64,000 nucleotides of DNA from Squalus acanthias (taxonomy: Eukaryota). The translations under genes were made by a program, and so were the position numbers. Below are positions 50,101 through 62,014 of this stretch, one piece after another. Numbering within the stretch: position 1 is the first letter of the stretch; each line of letters begins with the position of its first letter. The stretch covers positions 98,024,001 to 98,088,000 of the forward strand of contig CM059431.1 of the NCBI GenBank assembly GCA_030390025.1. The letters are read 5' to 3'. A model generated the notes under the pieces. It saw nothing but the letters and a program-made list of their open reading frames with translations. It was not told where the DNA came from and searched no databases.

Positions 50101-53100
50101 AGGAGACTTAGAGAGAGAGGAGACTAAGGGAGAGAGTAGACTGAGGGAGAGAGGAGACTTAGGGAGAGAGGAGACTAAGAGAGAGAGGGGACTAAGGGAG
50201 AGAGGAGACGAAGGGAGAGAGGAGACTTAGGGAGAGAGGAGACTAAGGGAGAGAGGAGACTAAGGGAGAGAGGAGACTAAGAGAGAGAGGAGACTTAGGG
50301 AGAGAGGAGACTAAGGGAGAGAGGTGACTAAGAGAGAGAGGAGACTAAGGGGGAGAGGAGACTAAGAGAGAGAGAGGAGACTTAGGGAGAGAGGAGACTA
50401 AGGGAGAGAGGAGACTAAGAGAGAGAGGAGACTAAGGGACGGATGAGACTTAGGGAGAGAGGAGACTAAAGGAGTGAGGTGACTAAGAGAGAGAGGAGAC
50501 TAAGAGAGAGAGGAGACTGAGAGAGAGAGGAGACTAAGAGAGAGAGGAGACTGAGAGAGAGAGGAGACTGAGAGAGGGAGGACAGTAAGAGAGAGAGGAG
50601 ACTAAGGTGAGAGCGGAGACTAAGAGAGAGAGGGGACTAAGGGAGAGAGGAGACTAAGAGAGAGAGGAGACTAAGGGAGAGAGGTGACTAAGGGAGAGAG
50701 GTGACTAAGAGAGAGAGGAGACTTAGGGAGAGAGGGGACTAAGAGAGAGAGGAGACTTAGGGAGAGAGGGGACTAAGAGAGAGAGGAGACTGAGAGAGAG
50801 AGGAGACTGAGAGAGAGAGGAGACTAAGGGAGACAGGAGACTAAGAGAGAGAGGAGACTGAGAGAGAGAGGAGACTAAGAGAGAGAGGAGACTTAGGGAG
50901 AGAGGAGACTAAGAGAGAGAGGAGACTATGGGAGAGAGGAGACTAGGGTGAGAGGAGACTGAGAGAGAGAGGAGACTAAGGGAGAGAGGAGACTAAAGGA
51001 GAGAGGCGACTAAGGGAGAGAGGAGACTGAGAGAGAGAGGAGACTAAGGGAGAGAGGAGACTAGGGTGAGAGGAGATTAAGAGAGAGAGGAGACTTAGGG
51101 AGAGAGGAGACTAAGAGAGAGAGGTGACTAAGAGAGAGAGGAGACTAAGGGAGAGAGGAGACTAAGGGAGAGAGGAGACTTAGGGAGAGAGGAGACTAAG
51201 AGAGAGAGGGGACTAAGGGAGAGAGGAGACTAAGGGAGGAAGGAGACTAAGAGAGAGAGGAGACTTAGGGAGAGAGGAGACTAAGGGAGAGAGGTGACTA
51301 AGAGAGAGAGGAGACTAAGGGGGAGAGGAGACTAAGAGAGAGAGGAGACTTAGGGAGAGAGGAGACTTAGGGAGAGAGGAGACTAAGAGAGAGAGGGGAC
51401 TAAGGGAGAGAGGAGACTTAGAGAGAGAGGAGACTAAGGGAGAGAGTAGACTGAGGGAGAGAGGAGACTTAGGGAGAGAGGAGACTAAGAGAGAGAGGGG
51501 ACTAAGGGAGAGAGGAGACGAAGGGAGAGAGGAGACTTAGGGAGAGAGGAGACTAAGGGAGAGAGGAGACTAAGATGGAGAGGAGACTAAGGGAGAGAGG
51601 AGACTAAGGGAGAGAGGAGACTTAGGGAGAGAGGAGACTAAGAGAGAGAGGGGACTAAGGGAGAGAGGAGACTAAGGGAGAGAGGAGACTAAGAGAGAGA
51701 GGAGACTTCGGGAGAGAGGAGACTAAGGGAGAGAGGTGACTAAGAGAGAGAGGAGACTAAGGGGGAGAGGAGACTAAGAGAGAGAGGAGACTTAGGGAGA
51801 GAGGAGACTAAGGGAGAGAGGAGACTAAGAGAGAGAGGAGACTAAGAGAGAGAGGAGACTAAGAGAGAGAGGTGACAAAGAGAGAGAGGAGACTTAGGGA
51901 GAGAGGAGACTAAGAGAGAGAGGTGACAAAGAGAGAGAGGAGACTTAGGGAGAGAGGAGACTAAGAGAGAGAGAGAGGTCACTAAGAGGGAGAGGAGACT
52001 AAGGGAGGGATGAGACTTAGGGAGAGAGGAGACTAAGGGAGTGAGGTGACTAAGAGAGAGAGGAGACTGAGAGAGAGAGGAGACTGAGAGAGAGAGGAGA
52101 CTAAGAGAGAGAGGAGACTAAGAGAGAGAGTAGACTAAGAGAGAGAGTAGACTAAGAAAGAGAGGAGACTAAGAGAGAGAGGAGACTAAGAGAGAGAGAG
52201 GAGACTGAGAGTGAGAGGAGACTGAGAGAGAGAGGACAGTAAGAGAGAGAGGAGACTAAGGTGAGAGCGGAGACTAAGAGAGAGAGAGGGGACTAAGGGA
52301 GAGAGGAGACTTAGAGAGAGAGGAGACTAAGGGAGAGAGGTGACTAAGGGAGAGAGGTGACTAAGAGAGAGAGGAGACTTAGGGAGAGAGGTGACTAAGA
52401 GAGAGAGGAGACTTAGGGAGAGAGGGGACTAAGAGAGAGAGGAGACTGAGAGAGAGAGGAGACTGAGAGAGAGAGGAGACTAAGAGAGACAGGAGACTAA
52501 GAGAGAGAGGAGACTGAGAGAGAGGAGACTAAGAGAGAGAGGAGACTTAGGGAGAGAGGAGACTAAGAGAGAGAGGAGACTATGGGAGAGAGGAGACTAG
52601 GGTGAGAGGAGACTGAGAGAGAGAGGAGACTAAGGGAGAGAGGAGACTAGGGTGAGAGGAGATTAAGAGAGAGAGGGGACTTAGGGAGAGAGGAGACTAA
52701 GAGTGAGAGGTGACTAAGGGAGAGAGGAGACTAAGGGAGAGAGGAGATTAAGAGAGAGAGGAGACTAAGGGAGAGAGGAGACTAAGGGTGAGAGGAGACT
52801 AAGAGAGAGAGGTGACTAAGAGAGAGAGGAGACTTAGGGAGAGAGGAGACTTAGGGAGAGAGGTGACTAAGGGAGAGAGTAGACTGAGGGAGAGAGGAGA
52901 CTTAGGGAGAGAGGAGACTAAGGGAGAGAGGAGACTTAGGGAGAGAGGAGACTAAGAGAGAGAGGGGACTAAGGGAGAGAGGAGACTAAGGGAGAGCGGA
53001 GACTAAGAGAGAGAGGTGACTAAGGAAGAGAGGGGACTAAGGGAGAGAGTAGACTTAGGGAGAGAGGAGACTAAGAGAGAGAGGGGACTAAGGGAGAGAG

Positions 53101-55639
53101 GAGACTAAGGGAGAGAGGAGACTAAGAGAGAGAGGAGACTTAGGGAGAGAGGAGACTAAGGGAGAGAGGTGACTAAGAGAGAGAGGAGACTAAGGGGGAG
53201 AGGAGACTAAGAGAGAGAGGAGACTTAGGGAGAGAGGAGACTAAGGGAGAGAGGAGACTAAGAGAGAGAGGAGACTAAGAGAGAGAGGAGACTAAGAGAG
53301 AGAGGTGACAAAGAGAGAGAGGAGACTTAGGGAGAGAGGAGACTAAGAGAGAGAGGTGACAAAGAGAGAGAGGAGACTTAGGGAGAGAGGAGACTGAGAG
53401 AGAGAGGACAGTAAGAGAGAGAGGTGACTAAGAGAGAGAGGAGATTAAGAGAGAGAGTAGACTAAGAGAGAGAGTAGACTAAGAGAGAGAGGAGACTAAG
53501 AGAGAGAGGAGACTAAGAGAGAGAGGAGACTGAGAGAGAGAGGAGACTGAGAGAGAGAGGACAGTAAGAGAGAGAGGAGACGAAGGTGAGAGAGGAGACT
53601 AAGAGAGAGAGGGGACTGAGAGAGAGAGGAGACTGAGGGAGAGAGGAGACTGAGGGAGAGAGGACAGTAAGAGAGAGAGGAGACTAAGGTGAGAGAGGAG
53701 ACTAAGGGAGAGAGGAGACTAAGAGAGAGAGGAGACTGAGGGAGAGAGGTGACTAAGGGACAGAGGTGACTAAGAGAGAGAGGAGACTTAGGGAGAGAGG
53801 GGACTAAGAGAGAGAGGAGACTTAGGGAGAGAGGGGACTAAGAGAGAGAGGAGACTGAGAGAGAGAGGAGACTGAGAGAGAGAGGAGACTAAGAGAGACA
53901 GGAGACAAGAGAGAGAGGAGACTGAGAGAGAGAGGAGACTAAGAGAGAGAGGAGACTTAGGGAGAGAGGAGACTAAGAGAGAGAGGAGAATATGGGAGAG
54001 AGGAGACTAGGGTGAGAGGAGACTGAGAGAGAGAGGAGACTAAGGGAGAGAGGAGACTAAAGGAGAGAGGAGACTAAGGGAGAGAGGAGACTGAGAGAGA
54101 GAGGAGACTAAGGGAGAGAGGAGACTAGGGTGAGAGGAGATTAAGAGAGAGAGGAGACTTAGGGAGAGAGGAGACTAAGAGAGAGAGGTGACTAAGAGAG
54201 AGAGGAGACTAAGGGAGAGTGGAGACTAAGAGAGAGAGGTGACTAAGGGAGAGAGGAGACTAAGGGAGAGAGGAGATTAAGAGAGAGAGGAGACTAAGTG
54301 AGAGAGGAGACTAAGGGTGAGAGGAGACTAAGAGAGAGAGGGGACTAAGGGAGAGAGGAGACTAAGAGAGAGAGGAGACTGAGGGAGAGAGGTGACTAAG
54401 GGAGAGAGGTGACTAAGAGAGAGAGGAGACTTAGGGAGAGAGGGGACTAAGAGAGAGAGGAGACTTAGGGAGAGAGGGGACTAAGAGAGAGAGGAGACTG
54501 AGAGAGAGAGGAGACTGAGAGAGAGAGGAGACTAAGAGAGACAGGAGACTAAGAGAGAGAGGAGACTGAGAGAGAGAGGAGACTAAGAGAGAGAGGAGAC
54601 TTAGGGAGAGAGGAGACTAAGAGAGAGAGGAGAATATGGGAGAGAGGAGACTAGGGTGAGAGGAGACTGAGAGAGAGAGGAGACTAAGGGAGAGAGGAGA
54701 CTAAAGGAGAGAGGAGACTAAGGGAGAGAGGAGACTGAGAGAGAGAGGAGACTAAGGGAGAGAGGAGACTAGGGTGAGAGGAGATTAAGAGAGAGAGGAG
54801 ACTTAGGGAGAGAGGAGACTAAGAGAGAGAGGTGACTAAGAGAGAGAGGAGACTAAGGGAGAGTGGAGACTAAGAGAGAGAGGTGACTAAGGGAGAGAGG
54901 AGACTAAGGGAGAGAGGAGATTAAGAGAGAGAGGAGACTAAGTGAGAGAGGAGACTAAGGGTGAGAGGAGACTAAGAGAGAGAGGTGACTAAGGGAGAGA
55001 GGAGACTAAGGGAGAGAGGAGATTAAGAGAGAGAGGAGACTAAGGGAGAGAGGAGACTAAGGGTGAGAGGAGACTAAGAGAGAGAGGTGACTAAGGGAGA
55101 GAGGAGACTAAGGGAGAGAGGAGATTAAGAGAGAGAGGAGACTAAGGGTGAGAGGAGAGTGAGAGAGAGAGGAGACTAAGGGAGAGAGGAGACTAAGGAT
55201 GAGAGGAGACTAAGAGAGAGAGGTGACTAAGGCAGAGAGGAGACTAAGGGAGAGAGGAGACTATGGGAGAGAGGAGACTGAGGGGTAGAAATTAGGTCGC
55301 GCCCCATGTGGGGCGCAAATATCGTCCGGACGCAAATATTAGCGCCTGGCGCTAATTATCGGCACTGACAGGAAACTTCACTTTTACCGCCCCGGGAGGT
55401 GAGTGGAGCGCTCTAGTAGGCGCTGCACACCTCTCTTAAGGCGCAAAGGCCAAGGAGTGAGGCGCTAACTCAGCGCACGAGCGCAGCGCAGCTGCTGCCA
55501 GTTAGCGAGGGAACACAGACACAATGGCACCGGACACTTCTTAAAGCGGGGGGGGGCCACTTGCTCCCCAGCCACACCCTGCTCATTGCAGCCTTGAATC
55601 TCAGCCTGGAGAGACCTGTAATCCATTTTGCTGCCTAGC

Positions 55640-57570
55640 ATGGAGAGGGTGAGAGAACGCGCTCATCGCTTCACCGAGCGGGCCTTGGATGCTCTGGTTG
55701 ACGCAGTGGAGCGCAGACGATGCATGCTGTTCCCGGAGAGTGGCAGGAGGCCTTTGCCACGCGAGTTCAGAAGAGTGTGGAGGGAGGTGGCTCAGAGCGT
55801 CTCCTCCAGGAGCATGGTGCCCAGGACCCATGTTCAATGCCGCAAAAAGTTCAACGACCTCACTCGGGTCGTCAGGGTGAGTGGCTTTTTCTCAATACCT
55901 CTCCATCCCTCCATCTCAACCTCACTCTATGGCCAGAGGGTCTTAAAACCCCAATGCACAACACTCATCCAACACCTATGGCCCTTTCATCAAACACACA
56001 CACACATTCCACACTTTGCATACAGTAAGGGCTATTCACCTATGGGAGGCACATCAGGCAAGACCATGGCTGCATACAGTAAGGGCTATTCACCTATGGG
56101 AGGCACATCAGGCAAGACCATGGCTGCATACAGTAAGGGCTATTCACCTATGGGAGGCACATCAGGCAAGACCATGGCTGCATACAGTAAGGGCTATTCA
56201 CCTATGGGAGGCACATCAGGCAAGACCATGGCTGTATATTTACTCAGATGCTGTCCTTTTTCTTGCAGGCTAAGCTGGCTCATAATCGGAGACAGCAGCA
56301 ACGGACGGGTGGAGGGCGGCTTCAGCTGCAACCCCTCAGCGATCTGGAGGAGCGCGTCCACAGGATTGTGGCAAGCCGGGTGATCGGTCCCGTCGCCACT
56401 GGAGACGCCGACCCCGTTGTGGACAGCAATGGTAAGGTCATCACCTTTTTGTCCTCTGTCCTTCCACTTGTCCCTCACAATACCAGCCTTTGACACTTTC
56501 AATCCAACTTGCTAACTCGCTGCACTTATTCCTCCCTTACTGCCACCCTGTCCTCACGCTAAAGCCACTCTTGTACCTCCCTGCTTTCAGATGGTGATTC
56601 ACCAGCTGAGGAGACGGGCCCTGAAGCTGCCACTGGGAGTGATGCTGCAGCTGAGGAGGAAGAGGAAGCCGGAGCATCAGTGCCACCCTCTCCCGAGGAA
56701 GCCCATGCCCACACTGGGAACACGCCTTCCCCGGAGGGGAGCAGGGGGGAAGGGGCTGATGATGGTGAAGCTCCAGGACCCAGCGGGCTGCAGCAACGCC
56801 ATGGGGGGGGTAGGGAAGAATGGGGGCCTTCTCCCCAGAGGGAGAGTATGCCAGACACTCCTACTGCAATTGACACAGAGGAGGAGCGGCTGATTGCAGA
56901 AATGAACACCCAGGCGGTGGGCATGCACACTGAGCTCATGGGTGCAGTGGGAAGGGTGCCCGATTGCATTGAGTCACTGGCAAGGAGTGTGGAGCACTTC
57001 GCTGTAGCACAGGCGGATGCCACACTAACGCTTAGTGCTGCAATTCAGTCAATGGCTGCCGTGATCCCACCTCTGACTGCTCTCATACAGACTCAGATGG
57101 AGGCCACGCGAGCACAGACTGCTGCCAACCTCGATGGTTCGTGCACATGTCCCCGGGGCTGTCACCGCGCCGCAGCAGGCCAGCAATCTGTTCTCCGGCA
57201 AATTGCTCCGGATGCTGAAGTGCTGCCCCGTGGGAGTGCCAGTGTGTCGGGCGAGCAGGGAGTTGCTGGCCTCTCTCACGATGACAGCATTCCTGCTGCC
57301 AACACTGTCACTTCTCCACTGCACTTGCCACCGCCTGTAGGACAGACTGCTGCCGCCCATGCAGAGTTGGTGCAGTCTGCAGCCGGGCCCTCCAGGCCCA
57401 GAAGTGGTCGAGGCCGTCCTTCAGGGGCATCTGCAGTGTCAGGGTCTGACGAGCAGCAGCCTTCCACCAGCCTTGCTGCAGCCACTGAGGTCCCATTACG
57501 GAGGAGCAGTAGGGTTAGAAGGGGGGAAGTGCGCAAGGGAAGGAGATCACCCTCGAAGGGCAAAAAGTAG
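55640..57570 (+). CDS. Harbinger Myb/SANT-like protein, 3 exons (55640-55876, 56269-56431, 56591-57570), predicted 459 aa
   Basis: Donors AGG|GTGAGT and ATG|GTAAGG, acceptors TTGCAG| and TTTCAG|. 237+163+980=1380 nt with no internal stop. N-terminal trihelix motif, acidic low-complexity middle, helical segment and basic C-terminus (RRSSRVRRGEVRKGRRSPSKGKK). Confidence 0.88.
56018..56233 (+). repeat. 54-bp perfect tandem repeat x4 in intron 1
   Basis: Four identical units, identical to the three units in copy 1. Confidence 0.97.
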
Positions 57571-57864
57571 GAGATGTGCCAAAATGCTGGTCATTTTTTT
57601 ATTAAAGGCCGAGGTTCATGGTCCAACTTTTGTTTAGTGTTTTGGACATTATCTCCAGGTTGTGAGAACCAGTTATGTTATTGACTGTTTTTTTGTGTTT
57701 ATTTCTATGAGTTTGTCATGAGGAATTGACACACACAGAGTTTGTAAAATAAATAAGTTTCTGTATTCAAAATATACATGGCTGGTGGTTGGAATTATTG
57801 GTGCCTTGGCCGGCTTAGGGGTTGCGTGCTGGGTTGATTAGTGTTTGTAGCAATGGCAGGGGCC

Positions 57865-59025
57865 CTAGAAGCGGCTTGCTATTAGTCGTTGACGGACGAC
57901 CCTTGCAGTTTGACCATTGTGGGCCGCCCTCCTGCCTTGGTGCTGCTGATGATCATCGTCCTCGTCCTCTTCCTCCTCTTCCTCCTCCTCCTCTGGTGGT
58001 GCTACAAGGCCTGGTGGCATTGGCTGGGTCCTGAGGATTGCCATGTTGTGCAACATGCAGCACACGACTACGAAGTTCGAAACTTGCTCAGGCGAGTACT
58101 GCAGGGCTCCTCCGGAATGGTCCAGACAGCGGAACCGTTGTTTCAGCACGCCGATTGTGCGCTCAATAATGTTCCTGGTTGCTTGATGGCTTTCATTGTA
58201 CCGCAGCTCAGCAGGGGTGTTTGGCGTACGGAGCGGTGTCATCAGCCAGGTGCTCAATGCGTACCCCTTGTCCCCCAGAAGCCAACCAACTGGCTGATGC
58301 GGTGCCTCGAAAACTTCTGCCACAGTAGTCTGGCGCAGGATGAAAGCATCGTGGCAGCTGCCCGGATAGTGGGCATTGACAGCGAGTATCACCTGTCTGT
58401 GGTCACAGACCAACTGCACATTCAAGGAATGGAACCCCTTTCTGTTCCTGAATTCCTCTGCATTCTCTCGCGGAGCACGCAAAGCCACATGCGTGCAGTC
58501 AATGGCGCCCTGCACCATGGGGAAGCCCGCTACCCTCGCAAAGCCCAGAGCACGGTCACGCTGCTTGTCTGGGGTCATAGGGAAAGAGATGAAGTCTCGT
58601 CTCCTTCTGAAGAGGGCATTGGTGACCTGCCGGATGCAGCGATGCACCGCAAACTGGGAGATATTGGCGAGGTCCCCAACAGCAGCTTGGAATGAGCCAG
58701 TGGCGTAGAAGTTCAAAGCCACTGTGACCTTCACTGCCACCGACAGAGACATCCTGGACCTCAGCTGAGGCTGCAGATCTGGCTGCAGCAGGTGGCAGAG
58801 CTCAGTGACCACCTCCTTGCTGAATCGCAGCCTTCGCAAACACAGCTCCTCGGACATATGGATGTAGGAGAGCTGTTCACGATATACCCTGGGAGGGTAA
58901 GCTCTCCTGTACATGCGCCTGATGGCCCTCCTCCGTCTGGCCATCATTGCCACTCTCTGTCTGCGTCTCAGTATCCTCCGATTCAGCTGGAGCAGGACGA
59001 CGCCCCCAATCATTGCAGCCCCCAT
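57865..59025 (-). CDS. Harbinger DDE transposase (HARBI1-related family), 386 aa, intact
   Basis: GAIDCTHV, NRKGFHSLNVQLVCD, PGSCHD, LLGDKGY, IERTIGVLKQRFRCL; uninterrupted ORF. Confidence 0.96.
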   Translation of the reverse strand: MGAAMIGGVVLLQLNRRILRRRQRVAMMARRRRAIRRMYRRAYPPRVYREQLSYIHMSEELCLRRLRFSKEVVTELCHLLQPDLQPQLRSRMSLSVAVKVTVALNFYATGSFQAAVGDLANISQFAVHRCIRQVTNALFRRRRDFISFPMTPDKQRDRALGFARVAGFPMVQGAIDCTHVALRAPRENAEEFRNRKGFHSLNVQLVCDHRQVILAVNAHYPGSCHDAFILRQTTVAEVFEAPHQPVGWLLGDKGYALSTWLMTPLRTPNTPAELRYNESHQATRNIIERTIGVLKQRFRCLDHSGGALQYSPEQVSNFVVVCCMLHNMAILRTQPMPPGLVAPPEEEEEEEEEDEDDDHQQHQGRRAAHNGQTARVVRQRLIASRF

Positions 59026-61644
59026 ATTCTCTTTGCCAGAAAAGTAATGAGGTACAGCAACTAAAGTAGCACCAAAGTAAGGATGAACTAGGCAAAACTA
59101 CCTCACAAAGCGTTGAGTCAATGTAGAAGTCTCTCTCTCTCTCTCTCCGAATCTCTCTCTCTCTCTCAGAACGAGTGGTGCATAAATGTCGACCACAGAA
59201 AAAGACAGGAAGAGGCCCCCTTTAAATAGCGCCCCCCCCAGCCCCACACCGATTGATAACGTTCCAGTCTTCCGGTCGTTGGAAGCGCCAGGCGGTAAGG
59301 CAGGGGGCGCCACTCAATTTCCGCTCCGGGGCGCCCCAAGGGCGTTGCACCATGGAATGACGTCACAATCTGCGCGCGCAGGTGGTCGCAGCGGTAAGTT
59401 TTAGCGCCGCCGCACAATCTCAAGTTAAGTTCTCGAGCGGCGCAAACAGCGCTGCGCCCGGGCGTTAGCGGCTTAACGCCCCATTAGCGCCCTCTTAAGG
59501 CGCTAACGGGAGGCGCAACCAAGTGAATTTTTACCCCTAAGGGTGAGAGGAGACTAAGAGAGAGAGGAGACTAAGGGAGAGAGGAGATTAAGAGAGAGAG
59601 GAGACTAAGAGAGAGAGGAGACTTAGGGAGAGAGGAGACTAAGGGAGAGAGTAGACTTAGGGAGAGAGGAGACTAAGGGAGAGAGGAGACTTAGGGAGAG
59701 AGGAGACTAAGAGAGAGAGGGGACTAAGGGAGAGAGGAGACTAAGAGAGAGAGGGGACTAAGGGAGAGAGGAGACCAAGAGAGAGAGGAGACTGAGGGAG
59801 AGAGGAGACTAAGAGAGAGAGGGGACTAAGGGAGAGAGGAGACCAAGAGAGAGAGGAGACTGAGGGAGAGAGGAGACTAAGGGAGAGAGGTGACTAAGAG
59901 AGAGAGGAGACTAAGGGAGAGAGGAGACTAAGAGAGAGAGGAGACTTAGGGAGAGAGGAGACTAAGGGAGAGAGGAGACTGAGGGAGAAAGGACACTAAG
60001 AGAGAGAGGTGACTAAGAGAGAGAGGAGACTAAGAGAGAGAGGAGACTTAGGGAGAGAGGAGACTAAGAGAGAGAGGTGACTAAGAGAGAGAGGAGACTT
60101 ATGGAGAGAGGAGACTAAGAGAGAGAGAGGTGACTAAGAGAGAGAGTAGACTAAGAGAGAGAGGGGACTGAGAGAGAGAGGAGACTAAGAGAGAGAGGAA
60201 ACTGAGAGAGAGAGGAGACTGAGAGAGAGAGGAGACTAAGAGAGACAGGAGACTAAGAGAGAGAGGAGACTGAGAGAGAGAGGAGACTAAGGGAGAGAGG
60301 AGACTCGGGTGAGAGGAGACTGAGAGAGAGAGGAGTCTAAGGGAGAGAGGAGACTGAGTGAGAGAGGAGAATAAGGGAGAGAGGAGAATAAGGGAGAGAG
60401 GAGACTAAGGGTGAGAGGAGACTAAGAGAGAGAGGAGACTGAGAGAGAGAGGAGACTAAGAGAGAGAGGAGACTAAGGGAGAGAGGAGACTAAAGGAGAG
60501 AGGAGACTAAGGGAGAGAGGAGACTAAGGGAGAGAGGAGACTAGGGTGAGAGGAGATTAAGAGAGAGAGCAGACTAAGGGAGAGAGGAGACTAAGGGTGA
60601 GAGGAGACTAAGAGAGAGAGGTGACTAAGGGAGAGAGGAGACTAAGAGAGAGTGGAGATTAAGAGAGAGAGGAGACTAAGGGAGAGAGGAGACTTTGGGA
60701 GAGAGGAGACTAAGAGAGAGAGTAGACTAAGAGAGAGAGGAGACTAAGAGAGAGAGGAGACTAAGGGAGAGAGGAGATTAAGCGAGAGAGGAGACTAAGA
60801 GAGAGAGGAGACTAAGGGAGAGAGGAGACTAAGTGTGAGAGGAGACTAAGAGAGAGAGGAGACTAAGAGAGAGAGGTGACTAAGGGATAGAGGATTCCAA
60901 GGGAGAGAGGAGACAGAGAGAGAGGAGACTAAGGGAGAGAGGAGACTAAGGGTTAGAGGAGACTAAGAGAGAGAGGAGACTAAGAGAGAGATGTGACTAA
61001 GAGAGAGAGGAGACTAAGGGAGAGAGGAGACTTAGGGAGAGACTGAAAGACTAGAATAAAAAGCGAGCAGTTTCAGGACAATGCAGTGAGACGGAGTGGA
61101 ATTGTGAATTGTGAATTGTGCTTCATCTCCTGGTTTTGGCTCTTGGGCTGATTTATTACAGGAATGCTGATAAACTGCAGCCTCAAACCAAATAAAGAGC
61201 GCGATCAAAGGGAAATCTGGTACATTCCACAGAGTTGCAGAAATGCCCAGTCCCTTGCGCAGCATCGCGATTTACATATTTGGGAACATCCAGTGCATTC
61301 CAGACAGGTTTCAGGACTTTGCTCCGTGTTCCTTTATAAGGCCGAGAGATCGGGGATTGTGTGGTTGGAATGGACCCACATTCTCTCAGCAGAATGTTGC
61401 CCAAATGATACGTCTTTAATGTTTTACCCGAAGTCCCCCAGCAATTGGCTGCAGGAATCTGCCTCTCACCATTCCACAGCTCTGTGAATTTCAGAGCTCT
61501 GGCATCAGCTGTGTGCACAGATCGCTCCTCTTCATTCAAAGTTCTTTCATTGAAGTTATCTGATAACTCACATTGTGAATCCTTCAGCCGTGTCACTCAC
61601 GTTGCTTCATTCAAATTATTGGAGAATTCATATTTTCTTCGCAT

Positions 61645-62005
61645 AAAATTCTCATCCTTGTTTTCAAATCCCTCCATGGCCTCGCCCCCCTCCCTATCTC
61701 TGTAATCTCCTCCAGCCCCACAAACCCCCGAGATCTCTGCGCTCCTCCAATTCTCGCCTCTTGAGGATCCCTGATTATAATCGCTCCACCATTGGCGGCC
61801 GTGCCTTCAGCTGCCTGGGCCCCGAGCTCTGGAATTCCCTCCCTAAACCGCTCCACCTCTCTCTCCTCCTTTAAGACGCTCCGTAAGGTCTATCTCTCTG
61901 ACCAAGCTTTCTGTCCTAATATCTCCTTCTCTGGCTTGGTGTTAATTTCTGCCTGATTTACGCTCCTATGAAGTGCCTTGGGACGTTTTACTAAGTTAAA
62001 GGCAT
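61645..62005 (+). mobile_element. L2-type LINE 3' end
   Basis: AAAATTCTCATCCTTGTTTTCAAATCCCTCCATGGCC...GGGACGTTTTACTAAGTTAAAGGC. Confidence 0.88.
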
Positions 62006-62014
62006 AAAAACATC

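Larger units (their letters stand above)
55282..59537 (+). mobile_element. Full-length PIF/Harbinger DNA transposon, copy 2 (4256 bp), both genes intact
   Basis: TIR GGGGTAGAAATT / AATTTTTACCCC (11/12 match). Flanks TGA / TAA within a satellite unit (GAC-TRA-GGG). Colinear with copy 1. Confidence 0.95.
41846..61040. repeat. Large 17-bp purine-rich satellite (GGAGACTAAGRGAGAGA), ~19-kb span, interrupted by two CR1 inserts and Harbinger copy 2
   Basis: Continuous array with CTAAG/CTTAG/CTGAG variants at 41846-55281 and 59538-61040. Confidence 0.98.

Noticed and set aside
41846..61040. Telomeric repeat (TTAGGG occurs often)
   Set aside because: TTAGGG appears only as a single variant within the 17-bp unit, never as tandem hexamers.
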